Shown here in pieces: positions 1 through 18,925 of a stretch of DNA of 64,000 nt. The notes under the pieces are model-generated. The model saw only the letters and a program-made list of their open reading frames with translations. It did no database searches and had not been told where the DNA came from. The DNA lies in the NCBI GenBank assembly GCA_015134315.1, contig CP043973.1, positions 25,611-89,610 on the forward strand, in the 5' to 3' direction. The position numbers were made by a program, and so were the translations under genes. The stretch's first letter is position 1; each line of letters begins with the position of its first letter. This stretch comes from Candidatus Stammera capleta (GTDB lineage: Bacteria; Pseudomonadota; Gammaproteobacteria; Enterobacterales; Enterobacteriaceae).

Positions 1-4
1 AACT

Positions 5-877
5 TTATTTAAAATTTAAATTTTTTCTTTTAATAATTAAAATATTATTTTTTATATTTTTTGTTTTAATAAATTTATAATTTATTTTTTTATAATATTT
101 TATGATTTTATTTTTTTGATGACCTACTTCGCATATTAAATAACCACCTTTTTCTAAATATTTATATGAATTTTCAATAATTTTTTTAATTAAATATAAA
201 CCTTTATTTTTAGATATAAGAGATTTTTTAGGTTCATATAAGTATTCTTTTGGTAAAAATTTAATTTCTTTTTTATTTACATATGGCGGATTAGTTATTA
301 TTAAATTATATTTTTTTTTGATATTTTTAAATAAATTTGATTGAATTAGTTTTATATATTTTTGTTTATTATGTAAATAAATATTTTTTTTTGCAACTTT
401 TAATGTTTTTGAACATATATCTGAAGCATCTATTTCAGAATTTAAAAATATATATGAACATATTATAGCTATACATGCACTTCCAGTGCATAAATCTAGT
501 ATTTTTAAATTATTATTATTATATTTAATTATATATTTTAATTTATTTAAAAAATTATCATTAATGTGGCTTCTTGGTATAATTGATCTTTTATCAATAT
601 AAAATTGTTTTTTGCTAAATCATACTTTTTTAGTTAAATATACTATAGGTATTTTATATTTTATTCTTAATTTTGCTAAATATTTTATTTTATTTAATTT
701 ATTTTTATTTATTTTAATTTTATAATATTTTTTATATATATTTAATTTTAAAATAGAATATATTAAATGTATAGATTCAGTATATGGGTTATAAGTACTA
801 TGACCATAAAATAAATTATGTTTATTAAATAATTTTGTATATTTTTTTATTATTTTATATAAAATTATATTTTTCAT
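5..877 (-). CDS. prmB: Ribosomal protein L3 glutamine N5-methyltransferase (PrmB/YfcB type)
   Basis: ORF 620..877 continues through TGA (620-622) with no TAA/TAG down to TAA at 5-7 (290 aa). Motifs DLCTGSACIAI, NLIITNPPYV (NPPY), IIPRS and GGYLICEVGHQ match E. coli PrmB better than PrmC. Confidence 0.85.
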
Positions 878-935
878 ATTATTATTATTATAATATAATA
901 GTATAAATAAATAATATATTATATATTATTTATAT

Positions 936-1016
936 GCGGAAGTGGCGAAATTGGTAAACGCGCTAGAATTAGAATCTAGTTATTTTAAGATACGAGTTCG
1001 AGTCTCGTCTTCCGTA
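936..1016 (+). tRNA. leuW: tRNA-Leu (anticodon UAG)
   Basis: Cloverleaf GCGGAAG...CTTCCGT with discriminator A. Anticodon loop ATTAGAA gives UAG. Long variable arm and T-arm ACGAG/CTCGT. Close to E. coli leuW. No encoded CCA. Confidence 0.9.
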
Positions 1017-1045
1017 ATTAATGTTACATTTAATTTATTAAGTTT

Positions 1046-1116
1046 TGGGGTATAGCCAAGTGGTAAGGCATCGGGTTTTGATCCCGAGATCCCAGGTTCA
1101 AGTCCTGGTACCCCTG
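1046..1116 (+). tRNA. tRNA-Gln (anticodon UUG)
   Basis: TGGGGTATAGCCAAGTGGTAAGGCA...GGTTCAAGTCCTGGTACCCCTG is nearly colinear with E. coli tRNA-Gln. Anticodon stem TCGGG/CCCGA, loop TTTTGAT gives UUG. Discriminator G. No encoded CCA. Confidence 0.9.
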
Positions 1117-1125
1117 TTTTAAAAT

Positions 1126-1200
1126 AGCTACGTAGCTCAGTAGGTTAAGAGCACAGCACTCATAAAGCTGAGGTCACAGGTTCAAATCCTGTCGTAGCTA
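1126..1200 (+). tRNA. tRNA-Met, elongator type (anticodon CAU)
   Basis: AGCTACGTAGCTCAG...CTCATAA...GGTCACAGGTTCAAATCCTGTCGTAGCTA closely matches E. coli metT/metU. It lacks the initiator features (C1:A72, GGG/CCC anticodon stem). A lysidine-modified tRNA-Ile2 cannot be strictly excluded. Confidence 0.82.
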
Positions 1201-1227
1201 ATTTAATTTAAATTTTATATTAATAAC

Positions 1228-2556
1228 ATGTATAGAAAAGTTTATTTAAAAACTTGAGGTTGTCAAATGAATCATTATGATTCAAATAAAATATTAAATT
1301 TATTGAAAATTAATAATAATTTAATAGTTGATAACTATAAAGATTCAGATTTAATAATATTAAATACTTGTTCAATTAGAAAAAAATCAGAAAATAAAGT
1401 TTTTAATTTTATAGAAAAATTAAGATCATTTAAAAAAACTAATAGCAATTTGATTATTTGTGTTTGTGGGTGTTTATCTACTCATTTAAAAGATAAGATA
1501 TTTTTACGTAATAATTTAGTTGATATAATATGTGGTCCTCAATCAATACATAAATTAAATAAATTAATTTATAAATTTATAAAATATAAAAAAAAAATAA
1601 TTTATATAAAATCTTCAAAAATAGATAAAAATTATATTTATAATAAAGATTTTGATAATAATAACATTAAATTAAGTACTTATGTAACTATTATGGAAGG
1701 TTGTAATAAATTTTGTTCATACTGTGTGGTTCCTTATACAAGAGGAAAAGAAATAAGCAGATCGCCAGAAAAAATTATAGATGAAATTTGTTATTTATCA
1801 AATAATAATATACGAGAAATTAATTTATTAGGTCAAAATGTAAATGCTTATTCTGGTACATTTGATGATGGAAATTTATGCAGTTTTTCTAGTTTATTAA
1901 ATATAATTTCTAAAATTGATAAAATTAAAAGAATAAGATTTACAACTAGTAATCCATATAATTTTAATAATGATATTATTAATTGTTATAAGAATATTAA
2001 AAAAATTGTTAGTTATTTACATTTACCTGTTCAAAGCGGTTCTAATAAGATATTAAAATTAATGAGAAGAAGATACAATATAGAATTATATAAAGAATTA
2101 ATAAATAAAATTTTATATATTAGACCTAATATGATATTTAGTACTGATTTTATAGTTGGTTTTCCTGGGGAGAAAGAAAAAGATTTTTTATTAACTTTAG
2201 ATTTAATTAATGAATTAAAATTTGATCATAGTTATATATTTATTTATTCTCCTAGACCTGGTACAGAGTCTTTTTATATGAAAGATAATATTGATTTAAT
2301 TGAAAAAAAAAGAAGATTTAAAGAAATAAAATTATTAATAGATAATAATATTATTTATTGAAATAAAAAAATGTTAAATAATAATTATAAAATATTAGTT
2401 GAAGGATATTCAAAAAAAGATTCTAAATTTTTATTTGGTAGAACAGAAAATAACAGAAAGGTTTATTTTATTGGTAATAAAAATTTATTAGGTAAATTAA
2501 TAAATGTTAATATTACTGATATTAGTAATAAAAATTATTTATATGGTAATTTATAA
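1228..2556 (+). CDS. miaB: tRNA-i6A37 methylthiotransferase MiaB
   Basis: ATG at 1228 gives MYRKVYLKTWGCQMNHYDS (E. coli MTKKLHIKTWGCQMNEYDS) with W encoded by TGA at 1255-1257. Radical-SAM box EGCNKFCSYCVVPYTRG. Track ORFs 1267..2361 and 2371..2556 are in one frame joined by a TGA. TAA stop. Confidence 0.95.
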
Positions 2557-2580
2557 TTTATTAATATATATTAATCTATA

Positions 2581-3249
2581 ATGAAAAATTTATTTAACAA
2601 AAAAATAAAAAATAATTTATATAATATAAAACCTAAAAACAAAAAACAATATTTATATTTAAATAATATTTTTAATAAAGTAATTACTTTTGGCGTAGGA
2701 GTATCTGGAACAGGCAAAACATATTTATCTACAGCTGCAGCTATAGATTATTTTAACAAAAGAAAAATATATAAAATAATTTTAGCTAGACCTATAGTAG
2801 AAGCTGGTGAAAAATTAGGTTATTTACCTGGTAATTTTAATCAAAAAGTCGATCCTTATTTATGTCCTATATATGATATTTTATTTGAAATTTTAGGTTC
2901 AAATTTTTATAATAAGTATATATCTAGTAATATAATAGAAGTAGTTCCTTTAGCTTATATGAGAGGAAGAACTTTTAATAATAGTTTTATAATATTAGAT
3001 GAAGCTCAAAATACCACTATACAACAGATGAAAATGTTTCTTACTAGATTAGGTTTTAATTCTAAAGCTGTAATAAATGGGGATATATCTCAAATTGATT
3101 TACCTAATAAAATTACTTCAGGTTTAAAGCATGCTATAAATATATTTAAAAATTATAATAACATAGGTTTTACTTTTTTTAGTTATAAAGATATAATGCG
3201 TTCATATATTTTAAAAGATATAATTAAAGCTTATGAAGATAAAAAATAA
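2581..3249 (+). CDS. ybeZ: PhoH-like ATPase YbeZ (N-terminal domain missing)
   Basis: P-loop FGVGVSGTGKTYLS, ARPIVEAGEKLGYLPG and ILDEAQNTTIQQMKMFLTRLGFNSKAVINGD are colinear with the C-terminal two-thirds of E. coli YbeZ. Conserved position after miaB. Confidence 0.9.
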   Translation: MKNLFNKKIKNNLYNIKPKNKKQYLYLNNIFNKVITFGVGVSGTGKTYLSTAAAIDYFNKRKIYKIILARPIVEAGEKLGYLPGNFNQKVDPYLCPIYDILFEILGSNFYNKYISSNIIEVVPLAYMRGRTFNNSFIILDEAQNTTIQQMKMFLTRLGFNSKAVINGDISQIDLPNKITSGLKHAINIFKNYNNIGFTFFSYKDIMRSYILKDIIKAYEDKK

Positions 3250-3688
3250 TATTTATTTAATTAATAGATTTTTAAATATAAATATTGCTTTTAATGATTG
3301 TTTTTTTGTAGTTGATAAATTATTAATAAATAAATTATTTTATAATTTATTTTTTTTTTTTAATATAAAAAAATATATTAGCATAACTTTAGTTAATAGT
3401 AATTATATTTTATATTTAAATAAAAAATTTAATAATAAAAATATATACACTAATGTGTTATCTTTTAAATTTTATAGTAATTTAAAATTTAATTTATTGG
3501 GAGATATAATAATTTGTCCTAAAATTTTATTAATGGAGTCAATTAAAAAAAATAAAAATCATATTTTATATTTTTTATATATTTTAATTCATGGTTTTTT
3601 ACATTTAATTAATTTTAATCATAAAAAATTTAATGATTATAAAAAAATGAAATTTTTTGAATATTTTTTTTTAAATATATTATTTTAA
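3233..3688 (+). CDS. ybeY: Endoribonuclease YbeY (16S rRNA 3'-end maturation)
   Basis: TNVLSF, LGDIIICP and the zinc motif HGFLHLINFNH (HxxxHxxxxxH). Follows ybeZ as in E. coli and overlaps it by 17 nt. Confidence 0.85.
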   Translation: MKIKNNIYLINRFLNINIAFNDCFFVVDKLLINKLFYNLFFFFNIKKYISITLVNSNYILYLNKKFNNKNIYTNVLSFKFYSNLKFNLLGDIIICPKILLMESIKKNKNHILYFLYILIHGFLHLINFNHKKFNDYKKMKFFEYFFLNILF

Positions 3689-3776
3689 ATTTTATTATAT
3701 CAATATATTTAAATTTTATAATTTATAAATATATTGTAATTTTATTATATATAAATTAAAATATATAATTTATGAA

Positions 3777-4172
3777 TTGTATTTATTTAATAATATTAAG
3801 AAAATGTATATTTTTTTCGGTAAAATAAAAAATTTTTATAAATTATTTTTAATGTTTATATTGTTATTTTTTATATTTTTATTAAATTATTATTTTATTA
3901 AATTACATATAATATTAAATTTAGTATTTAATATATTAATTTATTTTGTTTTTTTTTCTATTATTAAATCTTTATTTTGATTTAAATATTTTATTATTTT
4001 TTTAAAAGAATCTAAAAAAGAGCTTTTATTGGTTAATTGGCCTTCATTTTATGATGTTATTAAAATTGTTTTAATAGTTATTATATTTAGTTTTTTAATT
4101 TCTTGAATAATATGATTTATTGATATAATTATATTATATACTTTAACTTTATTAAGTAATGTGAGATTATAA
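3777..4172 (+). CDS. secE: Preprotein translocase subunit SecE
   Basis: ORF 3777..3980 continues through TGAs to TAA at 4170-4172. The C-terminal FLKESKKELLLVNWPSFYDVIKIVLIVIIFSFLISWIIWFID matches the SecE signature (FxxExxxELxKVxWP plus TM). Sits directly upstream of nusG. The start is uncertain: TTG at 3777 or ATG at 3804. Confidence 0.8.
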
Positions 4173-4173
4173 A

Positions 4174-4725
4174 ATGTATAATAATAGTAATTTTAAAAAA
4201 TGATATGTTATACAAGTATTTTCGGGGTTTGAAAATAAAGTAGTTAATAAATTAAAATATTATATTAAATTAAATAAATTAGAAAATGATTTTGGTGATA
4301 TATTAGTTCCTACTGAAAAAGTAGTTGAAATAAAAAATGGTATTAAAATTAAAAGTGATCGTAAATTTTTTCCAGGATATTTTTTAATTAATATGATTAT
4401 GAATGAAAGAAATTGATATTTAATAAAAAATATTCCTAAAATAGTTGGTTTTATAGGAGGTAATTTATCTAATCCTTTTCCAATAAGTGAAAAAGAAATT
4501 GATATTATAAAAAATAAATTAAATAAAATAGATGGTAAAATTAAACCTAAAGTTTTATTCGAATTAGGAGAATTAATAAGAGTAAATAATGGTCCTTTTT
4601 CTGATTTTAGTGGTACAGTCGAGGAAGTTGATTATGATAAAAATAGATTAAAGGTTGCAGTATTAATATTTGGTAGATCAACTCCTGTAGAATTAGATTT
4701 TTCTCAAGTAGAAAAAAGTTATTAA
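4174..4725 (+). CDS. nusG: Transcription termination/antitermination factor NusG
   Basis: [33 protein letters not shown] and the KOW region [50 protein letters not shown] are colinear with E. coli NusG. The frame was traced with no TAA/TAG. The gene is invisible in the ORF track because of TGA codons. Confidence 0.95.
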
Positions 4726-4748
4726 TTATTTATAAGTTTTATTTTAAA

Positions 4749-5177
4749 ATGTATAAAAAAATTAAGTCATATATTAAATTACAAGTTTTATCTGGAATGG
4801 CTAATCCTAGCCCTCCTATAGGTCCTATATTAGGTCAAAAAGGTTTAAATATTATGAATTTTTGTAAATTATTTAATGAAAAAACTTCTAATTTAGATAA
4901 AGGTATACCATTACCTGTAGTTATTACAGTATATTTTGATCATACATTTGATTTTATTATTAAAAGTCCTACTGTTGCGTATTTAATTAAAAAATATGTT
5001 TCTATTAATAAAGGTTCTAATAAACCAGGTAAAGAAATTGTTGGATATATAAATAAAGATCAGTTAATAGAAATATCTAAAATAAAAATTCTAGATACAA
5101 ATTCTTATAATATAAATAGTTTAGTTAAATGTATTATTGGAACTGCAAATTCTATGGGAGTTAAATATAAAATTTAA
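4749..5177 (+). CDS. rplK: 50S ribosomal protein L11
   Basis: KLQVLSGMANPSPPIGPILGQKGLNIMNFCKLFN. Position in the rplKAJL cluster. Confidence 0.97.
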   Translation: MYKKIKSYIKLQVLSGMANPSPPIGPILGQKGLNIMNFCKLFNEKTSNLDKGIPLPVVITVYFDHTFDFIIKSPTVAYLIKKYVSINKGSNKPGKEIVGYINKDQLIEISKIKILDTNSYNINSLVKCIIGTANSMGVKYKI

Positions 5178-5210
5178 TTTTTGAATTTAATTTTTGATTT
5201 ATAATTAAAT

Positions 5211-5873
5211 ATGAAAAAAAATATTAGATATAATAAAGATAATATTTTAAATAATTTTATTAATATTTTTAATAATATTAAAAATAAAAATATTAAAAGA
5301 AATTTTATTGAATCTATTGATGTATCTATAGTTTTAGATATAGATTTTAAAGATATTAATCAATATATTTTAGGAAAAACTACATTACCTCATAATAATG
5401 GTAAAAACTATAAAATAGTTATATTAGATAATGATTTAAATAAAGATAAAGCATTATCATGAGGTGCTTATGATGTGTTAAATATAAATGATTTGATTAA
5501 TAAAAAAAAAGTTATTAATTATGATATAGCTATTATGAAGCCAAATAATATTAAATATATAAATAAAATATCTAATATATTTGGTAATAGTTGTATTTTG
5601 CCTAATATTAAATTAGATACTATAACTAATAATTTAAAAGACACAGTTTATGATTTTTTAAATGGTAAAATTATATATAGAAATGATAAATTTGGTGTTA
5701 TAAATTTATGTATAGGGAAAATTAATTTTGATAGTTATAAATTAGCAGATAATTTATTTGTATTATTAAATTCAATTAAATTATATAAATCTAAATTTAT
5801 TAAAAAATTTATATTTATTAAAAAAGTTTATGTTTCTAGTACTATGGGTAAAAGCTATATAGTTAAAATATAA
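5211..5873 (+). CDS. rplA: 50S ribosomal protein L1
   Basis: Track ORFs 5211..5462 and 5475..5873 are in one frame joined through TGA. FIESIDVSIVLDID, TLPHNNGK, YRNDKFGVINLCIGKINFD and VYVSSTMG align with E. coli L1. Confidence 0.95.
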
Positions 5874-5921
5874 TTATGATATTATTAATTAAATTTTAAA
5901 AATTTATTTTAGGTAATATTA

Positions 5922-6419
5922 ATGTTATTAAAATTTAAAGATAAAAAAAGAATAGTTTGTAAACTTAATAATGATTTAATTAATTGTATATCTATAGTTT
6001 TAGTTAGTTTTAAAAATATTTCATGTAATTATTTAAATAATTTAAGAAAAGAAATTTATAATAATAATTCTTACATGACGGTTTTAAGAAATAATTTATT
6101 TAAATTATCTATTAAAAATACTAGTATAAATTTTTTAAGTAAATTTATAAAAGGTCCTAGTATAATTTTTTATTCTTGTAAAGATATTAGTAATATATTA
6201 AAAATATTATATTATAATAATAATAATTATAAAGATAATTTCTTTATAAGAAGTTTAGTATATAAAGGTAAATGTATTTCTTTAAGACTTAAAGATAAGT
6301 TAATTAATTTAAATAATTTTAAAAAATCTATTTATTATTTTTGTTTTTATATAAAAAATATAACTATTTTAAAATTTTTAAATATATTATTGAAATTAAA
6401 AAATTTGTTAAGTAATTAA
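5922..6419 (+). CDS. rplJ: 50S ribosomal protein L10
   Basis: Divergent but colinear with the E. coli L10 N-terminus (LKFKDKKRIV..., LRKEIYNNNSYMTVLRNNL, GPSIIFYS). Lies between rplA and rplL. Confidence 0.85.
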   Translation: MLLKFKDKKRIVCKLNNDLINCISIVLVSFKNISCNYLNNLRKEIYNNNSYMTVLRNNLFKLSIKNTSINFLSKFIKGPSIIFYSCKDISNILKILYYNNNNYKDNFFIRSLVYKGKCISLRLKDKLINLNNFKKSIYYFCFYIKNITILKFLNILLKLKNLLSN

Positions 6420-6440
6420 TTTTATAAAGAATATAAACAT

Positions 6441-6815
6441 ATGAAACAAATAACTAAAGATCAAATATTAGATACTATTTCATCAATGTCTTTATTAGAA
6501 GTTATTGAATTAATAGACGCTATGGAAAAGAAATTTGGTATAAGTAATAATGTTAATTTAAATTATACATCTAATGATAATGTTGTTATTAAAAAAGAAG
6601 AAAAAAATGAATTTGATTTATATTTAAATTCTATTGGTAAAAATAAAATATCTGTAATAAAAATTATTCGTAATTATTTAAATATTGGTTTAAAAGAATC
6701 TAAGGATTTAGTTGATTCTTGTCCTGTATTAATTAAGGAGAAAATTAATAAAAATGATTTAGATATATTGAAAAAATCTTTAGAAGATGCAGGAGCTATT
6801 ATTGAAATTAAATAA
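6441..6815 (+). CDS. rplL: 50S ribosomal protein L7/L12
   Basis: N-terminal ILDTISSMSLLEVIELIDAMEKKFG and C-terminal GLKESKDLVDSCP...LEDAGAIIEIK. Confidence 0.92.
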   Translation: MKQITKDQILDTISSMSLLEVIELIDAMEKKFGISNNVNLNYTSNDNVVIKKEEKNEFDLYLNSIGKNKISVIKIIRNYLNIGLKESKDLVDSCPVLIKEKINKNDLDILKKSLEDAGAIIEIK

Positions 6816-6851
6816 AATTATTTTTTATTTTTAATATAAATTGGGAATTAT

Positions 6852-10865
<4,014 letters not shown>

Positions 10866-10909
10866 ATATATTTTAATAATTTTAAAAATTTAATTAGGAA
10901 TTAATTTAA

Positions 10910-15112
<4,203 letters not shown>

Positions 15113-15159
15113 TATTTAATAATATTTAATAAAATATGTTTTTAATTAATTTTTATTAT

Positions 15160-16161
15160 ATGAAAAATAAAGATACATTATTTAGTGCTATTCAACCTAC
15201 AGGTAATATTACAATAGGTCATTATTTAGGTATATTAAAATTATGAAAAAGTTTACAAAATAATTATAATTGTCTATATTGTATAGCTAATTTACATTCT
15301 TTAAGTATTTTTAATAAAAAAAATATTATTAATTTAAATATATATAATTTAGTTTCTTTTATTTTAGCTTCAAATATTAATCCTTATAAATGTATAATTT
15401 TTTTACAATCAGATATTATAGAACATCTTAAATTATATTGAATATTAAATTGTTATACATATATAGGTGAATTAAATAGAATGACACAATTTAAACATAA
15501 ATCTAAAGGTAAGTTTAATAATAATTTATCTTTATTAAGTTACCCAGTATTAATGGCTTCAGATATATTATTATATGATTCTAAATATGTATGTATAGGT
15601 TATGATCAAATACAACATATAGAATTAGTTAATAATATATCTAAAAGATTTAATAAAAGATATAAAAGTGAAATTTTTACTTATCCTAAATTTATTATGC
15701 ATGAACAATTTTATAAAATTATGTCCTTATTAAATTATGAAAAGAAAATGTCTAAATCTGATATTAATAAAAATAATGTTATTTTTTTGTTAGATAAAAT
15801 TGAATTAATAAAATACAAAATAAATAATTGCATAACTGATAATGATAATCCTCCTAAAATAATATTTGATATTAAGAATAAGCCAGGTATTTCAAATTTA
15901 TTAAATATATTATCAGGTATTAAAAATGTTACTATTAAATCTTTAGAAGAATATTTTGAAAAATGTAATTATAAAAAATTTAAAGATATATTATCTAAAG
16001 AATTGTGTTATTTTATTAAAAAATTACAGAAAAAATTTTATTTTTATAGAAAAGATGAAAATTTAATTAAAAATATATTATTAAATGGAAAAAAAAAACT
16101 TAAAAATATTGCTAAAAATAAAATAAAATATGTTAATAATATATTAAAATATGAATTTTAA
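15160..16161 (+). CDS. trpS: Tryptophan--tRNA ligase
   Basis: MKNKDTLFSAIQPTGNITIGHYLG (HIGH region) and KMSKS (KKMSKSD). 333 aa versus 334 in E. coli. In frame with track ORF 15481..16161. An in-frame ATG at 15136 is a less likely start. Confidence 0.95.
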
Positions 16162-16167
16162 ATAAAT

Positions 16168-16818
16168 TTATCATTTTATTTGTTTTATATTATTTTGTTT
16201 TAAAATTTTATTTATTTTAATAAAATGTTTACATCCAAAAAATCCTTTATTAGCAGATAAATTAGATGGATGTGATGAATATAATATTATATGTTTTTTT
16301 TTATTTATTAATAATGATTTTTTTTTTGCATTATATCCTCATAATACAAATATTATTTTATTTAAATATTTATTTATATATAATATTATTCTATTAGTAA
16401 AAATTTCTCATCCTATATTTCTATGAGAAAGAGGTTTATTTTCTTCTACAGTTAATATACTATTTAATAATAAAATTCCTTGTTTAGTTCATTTTTTTAA
16501 ACATCCATGTTTTGGAATATTAAATTTAGGAAACTCATTTTTTAATTCTTTATATATATTTTTTATACATTCAGTTAATTTAATATTTTTATTAATTGAA
16601 AAGGCTATTCCATTGGCTTGATTTTTTTTATAGTATGGATCTTGTCCGATTATTACTACTTTTATTTCATTAAATTTTGTCAAATTAAAAGATGTAAATA
16701 TTTTATTTTTTTTAGGAAATATATTTTTAGTGTTATATTCTTTTTTTAATATTTTAATTAAATTAATAAAATATTTTTTATTTTTTTCTTTATTAAATAT
16801 TTTTTTTCATGTAATCAT
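16168..16818 (-). CDS. ung: Uracil-DNA glycosylase
   Basis: VVIIGQDPYY, GILLLNSILTVEENK, VLWGYNAKKK and SSHPSNLSANKGFFGCKHF are colinear with E. coli Ung. The frame was traced from ATG 16818 to TAA 16168-16170 through several TGA codons. Confidence 0.93.
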
Positions 16819-16903
16819 TGATTTTTTAATATATAATATTATTATTTATTTTTATTAATTATTTTATTATATTTAATTTTTATTAAATATATATTTATTA
16901 TAA

Positions 16904-18925
16904 ATGTTTAAAAATTTTTTTTTTAATTTAAATTTTAATTATTCATGAAAACAAATAATTTTATTAAGTATTCCTACTTTATTATTAAATTGTTTTAAAA
17001 AAAATTATAATTTTTTTTTTTCTTTTTTACCATCTTTTATAAATTTTGTAGGTTTAGATGTTATTGATGTATTTTTATTAAAAAAACTTTTATTATCTAG
17101 TATTTTATTTTTTTTTAGTATTATATTAATACAATTATGTTATATATTTAAAATATCTTTTTATATTTATTTATTTTTTTTAAATATTTTTTTAGGAATT
17201 TTAAGTGAATTATTTTTTTTCTATAATAAAATTTTTTATGGTTGTTTAATAGTTTCTTTATTTTTTTTTAATTTACTATTAAAATTTAATTTTTTTATCA
17301 TTTCAGTATTATTTTTTTTTTCTATATGATTTTGAGGAATATTACATGTATTTTGAGCGTTTATATTTAAAAATCAATTTTTTAGAGAAAATATTTTTAA
17401 TTTATATAAAGAATTATCTATTTTAATTAAACATAAATATTATTTAAATAATAAAACTAGAATTAATTATGATTTTTATATGTTATCTCATAAAAAAATT
17501 ATGGATTTAATTATTAATATATATGAACAATTAGATATATTATTTTTTTTTAAAAATGAAAAATATTTTTTATTAAAAATGTTTAAAATTGCTATTTATT
17601 TGAAAGATAATTTGTTTATTAATTTGAATATATATAAAAATAAATTTTTAATTTATAATAAAAAAGAATTAAAATTTTTTAACAATAATATAAATTTATT
17701 ATCTAAAATAATTTTTGATATAGGAAATAATATTTTATACAGAAAATATATTATAATTAATAAATTATTAATAAATAAAATTAAAAAATTTAATAAAATT
17801 TTATATAAATTTAATAAAATTTTAAATGTTATTTATTTAAAAAATATAATATTTTGTATATTTAAATTAAATAAAAAAATATATAAAAATTATAATATAT
17901 ATTTTGATGATATAATTTTTATATATGATGATAGAATAATTAAATATTTATTAAATATTAATATTAATTCTTATAGATATTTTTTAAAATTAGCATTTTT
18001 TTTTAATTTGTTTTTTATTATATTTAAAAATTATAAAATTATTAAATATTATTGAATATTAATTACAATTATATATATAAATCAAAGTAATTATTTAAAT
18101 ATTTTAATAAAAATTTTAAATAGATTTTTTGGTATTTTAATAGGAACAGTAATATCTATGTTTTTAATTAAATTATATTTTAATAAATATATTAATTTAA
18201 TTTTAATATTTATTATTACTAATGCAAGTTATTTATTAATAAAAAAAAATTATTTTATATCTATAATTGGTTTTACCATATCTTCTTTTTTAAATAGTAA
18301 ATTGTTATATTTAAATATTTTAAAATTATTTTATTTACGTTTATTAGATATATTTATGGGATGTTTAATATCTTTTTTAGGAAATACTATATTATGATCA
18401 CAATGGAATATAAAATATTTAAAAAATAATATTAATTTTATATTTAATATATATAAAAAAATTTTTTCAAAAAAATTTAATAATTTTAATTTTATAAAAA
18501 TATATAATTATAAAATTAATTTTTTAATTAATCAATTACAAAATAATATATTTAATTATTATATTAATTATTATAATGAATTTTTTTTTAGTAAAATTAG
18601 CATTGAATATATAAAATTATTAATAATTAATAATTATATATTAGTAGAAAATATTAATTCTATTTTTGTTTTAATTAAATATGAATATTTAGATAAAAAA
18701 AGTATTATATTATTTATAAATATATTCAGAAAATATATTTATTTAAATTGTAAAAATTTTAGTAACCTAAAAATAGAAAATAATATAAATTTTTTTTATA
18801 ATATAATATATAAAAATAAAAAAAAAACTATTAATAGTTATTATAAAAAGAAGTTAATTTATCATTTATATAAAATTAATAAACATATATTAATAATAAG
18901 AAATATATATAAATATTTATTTTAA
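16904..18925 (+). CDS. YccS/YhfK-family (FUSC-type) inner membrane protein
   Basis: 673-codon frame traced with no TAA/TAG. It links track ORFs 17480..18055 and 18158..18397. There are three blocks colinear with E. coli YccS. FRENIFNLYKELSILIKHKYYL aligns with LQDNLARCYEQLARYLELK. YYWILITIIYINQSNY...LNRFFGILIGTVIS aligns with GYWILLTSLFVCQPNY...RIIGTLVGIAIG. LRLLDIFMGCLISFLGNTILWSQW aligns with PRVIDTLIGCAIAWAAVSYIWPDW. Confidence 0.75.

Noticed and set aside
2371-2556. A separate 61-aa ORF after miaB.
   Set aside because: It is in frame with miaB and joined to it by a single TGA. It corresponds to the C-terminal TRAM domain of MiaB.
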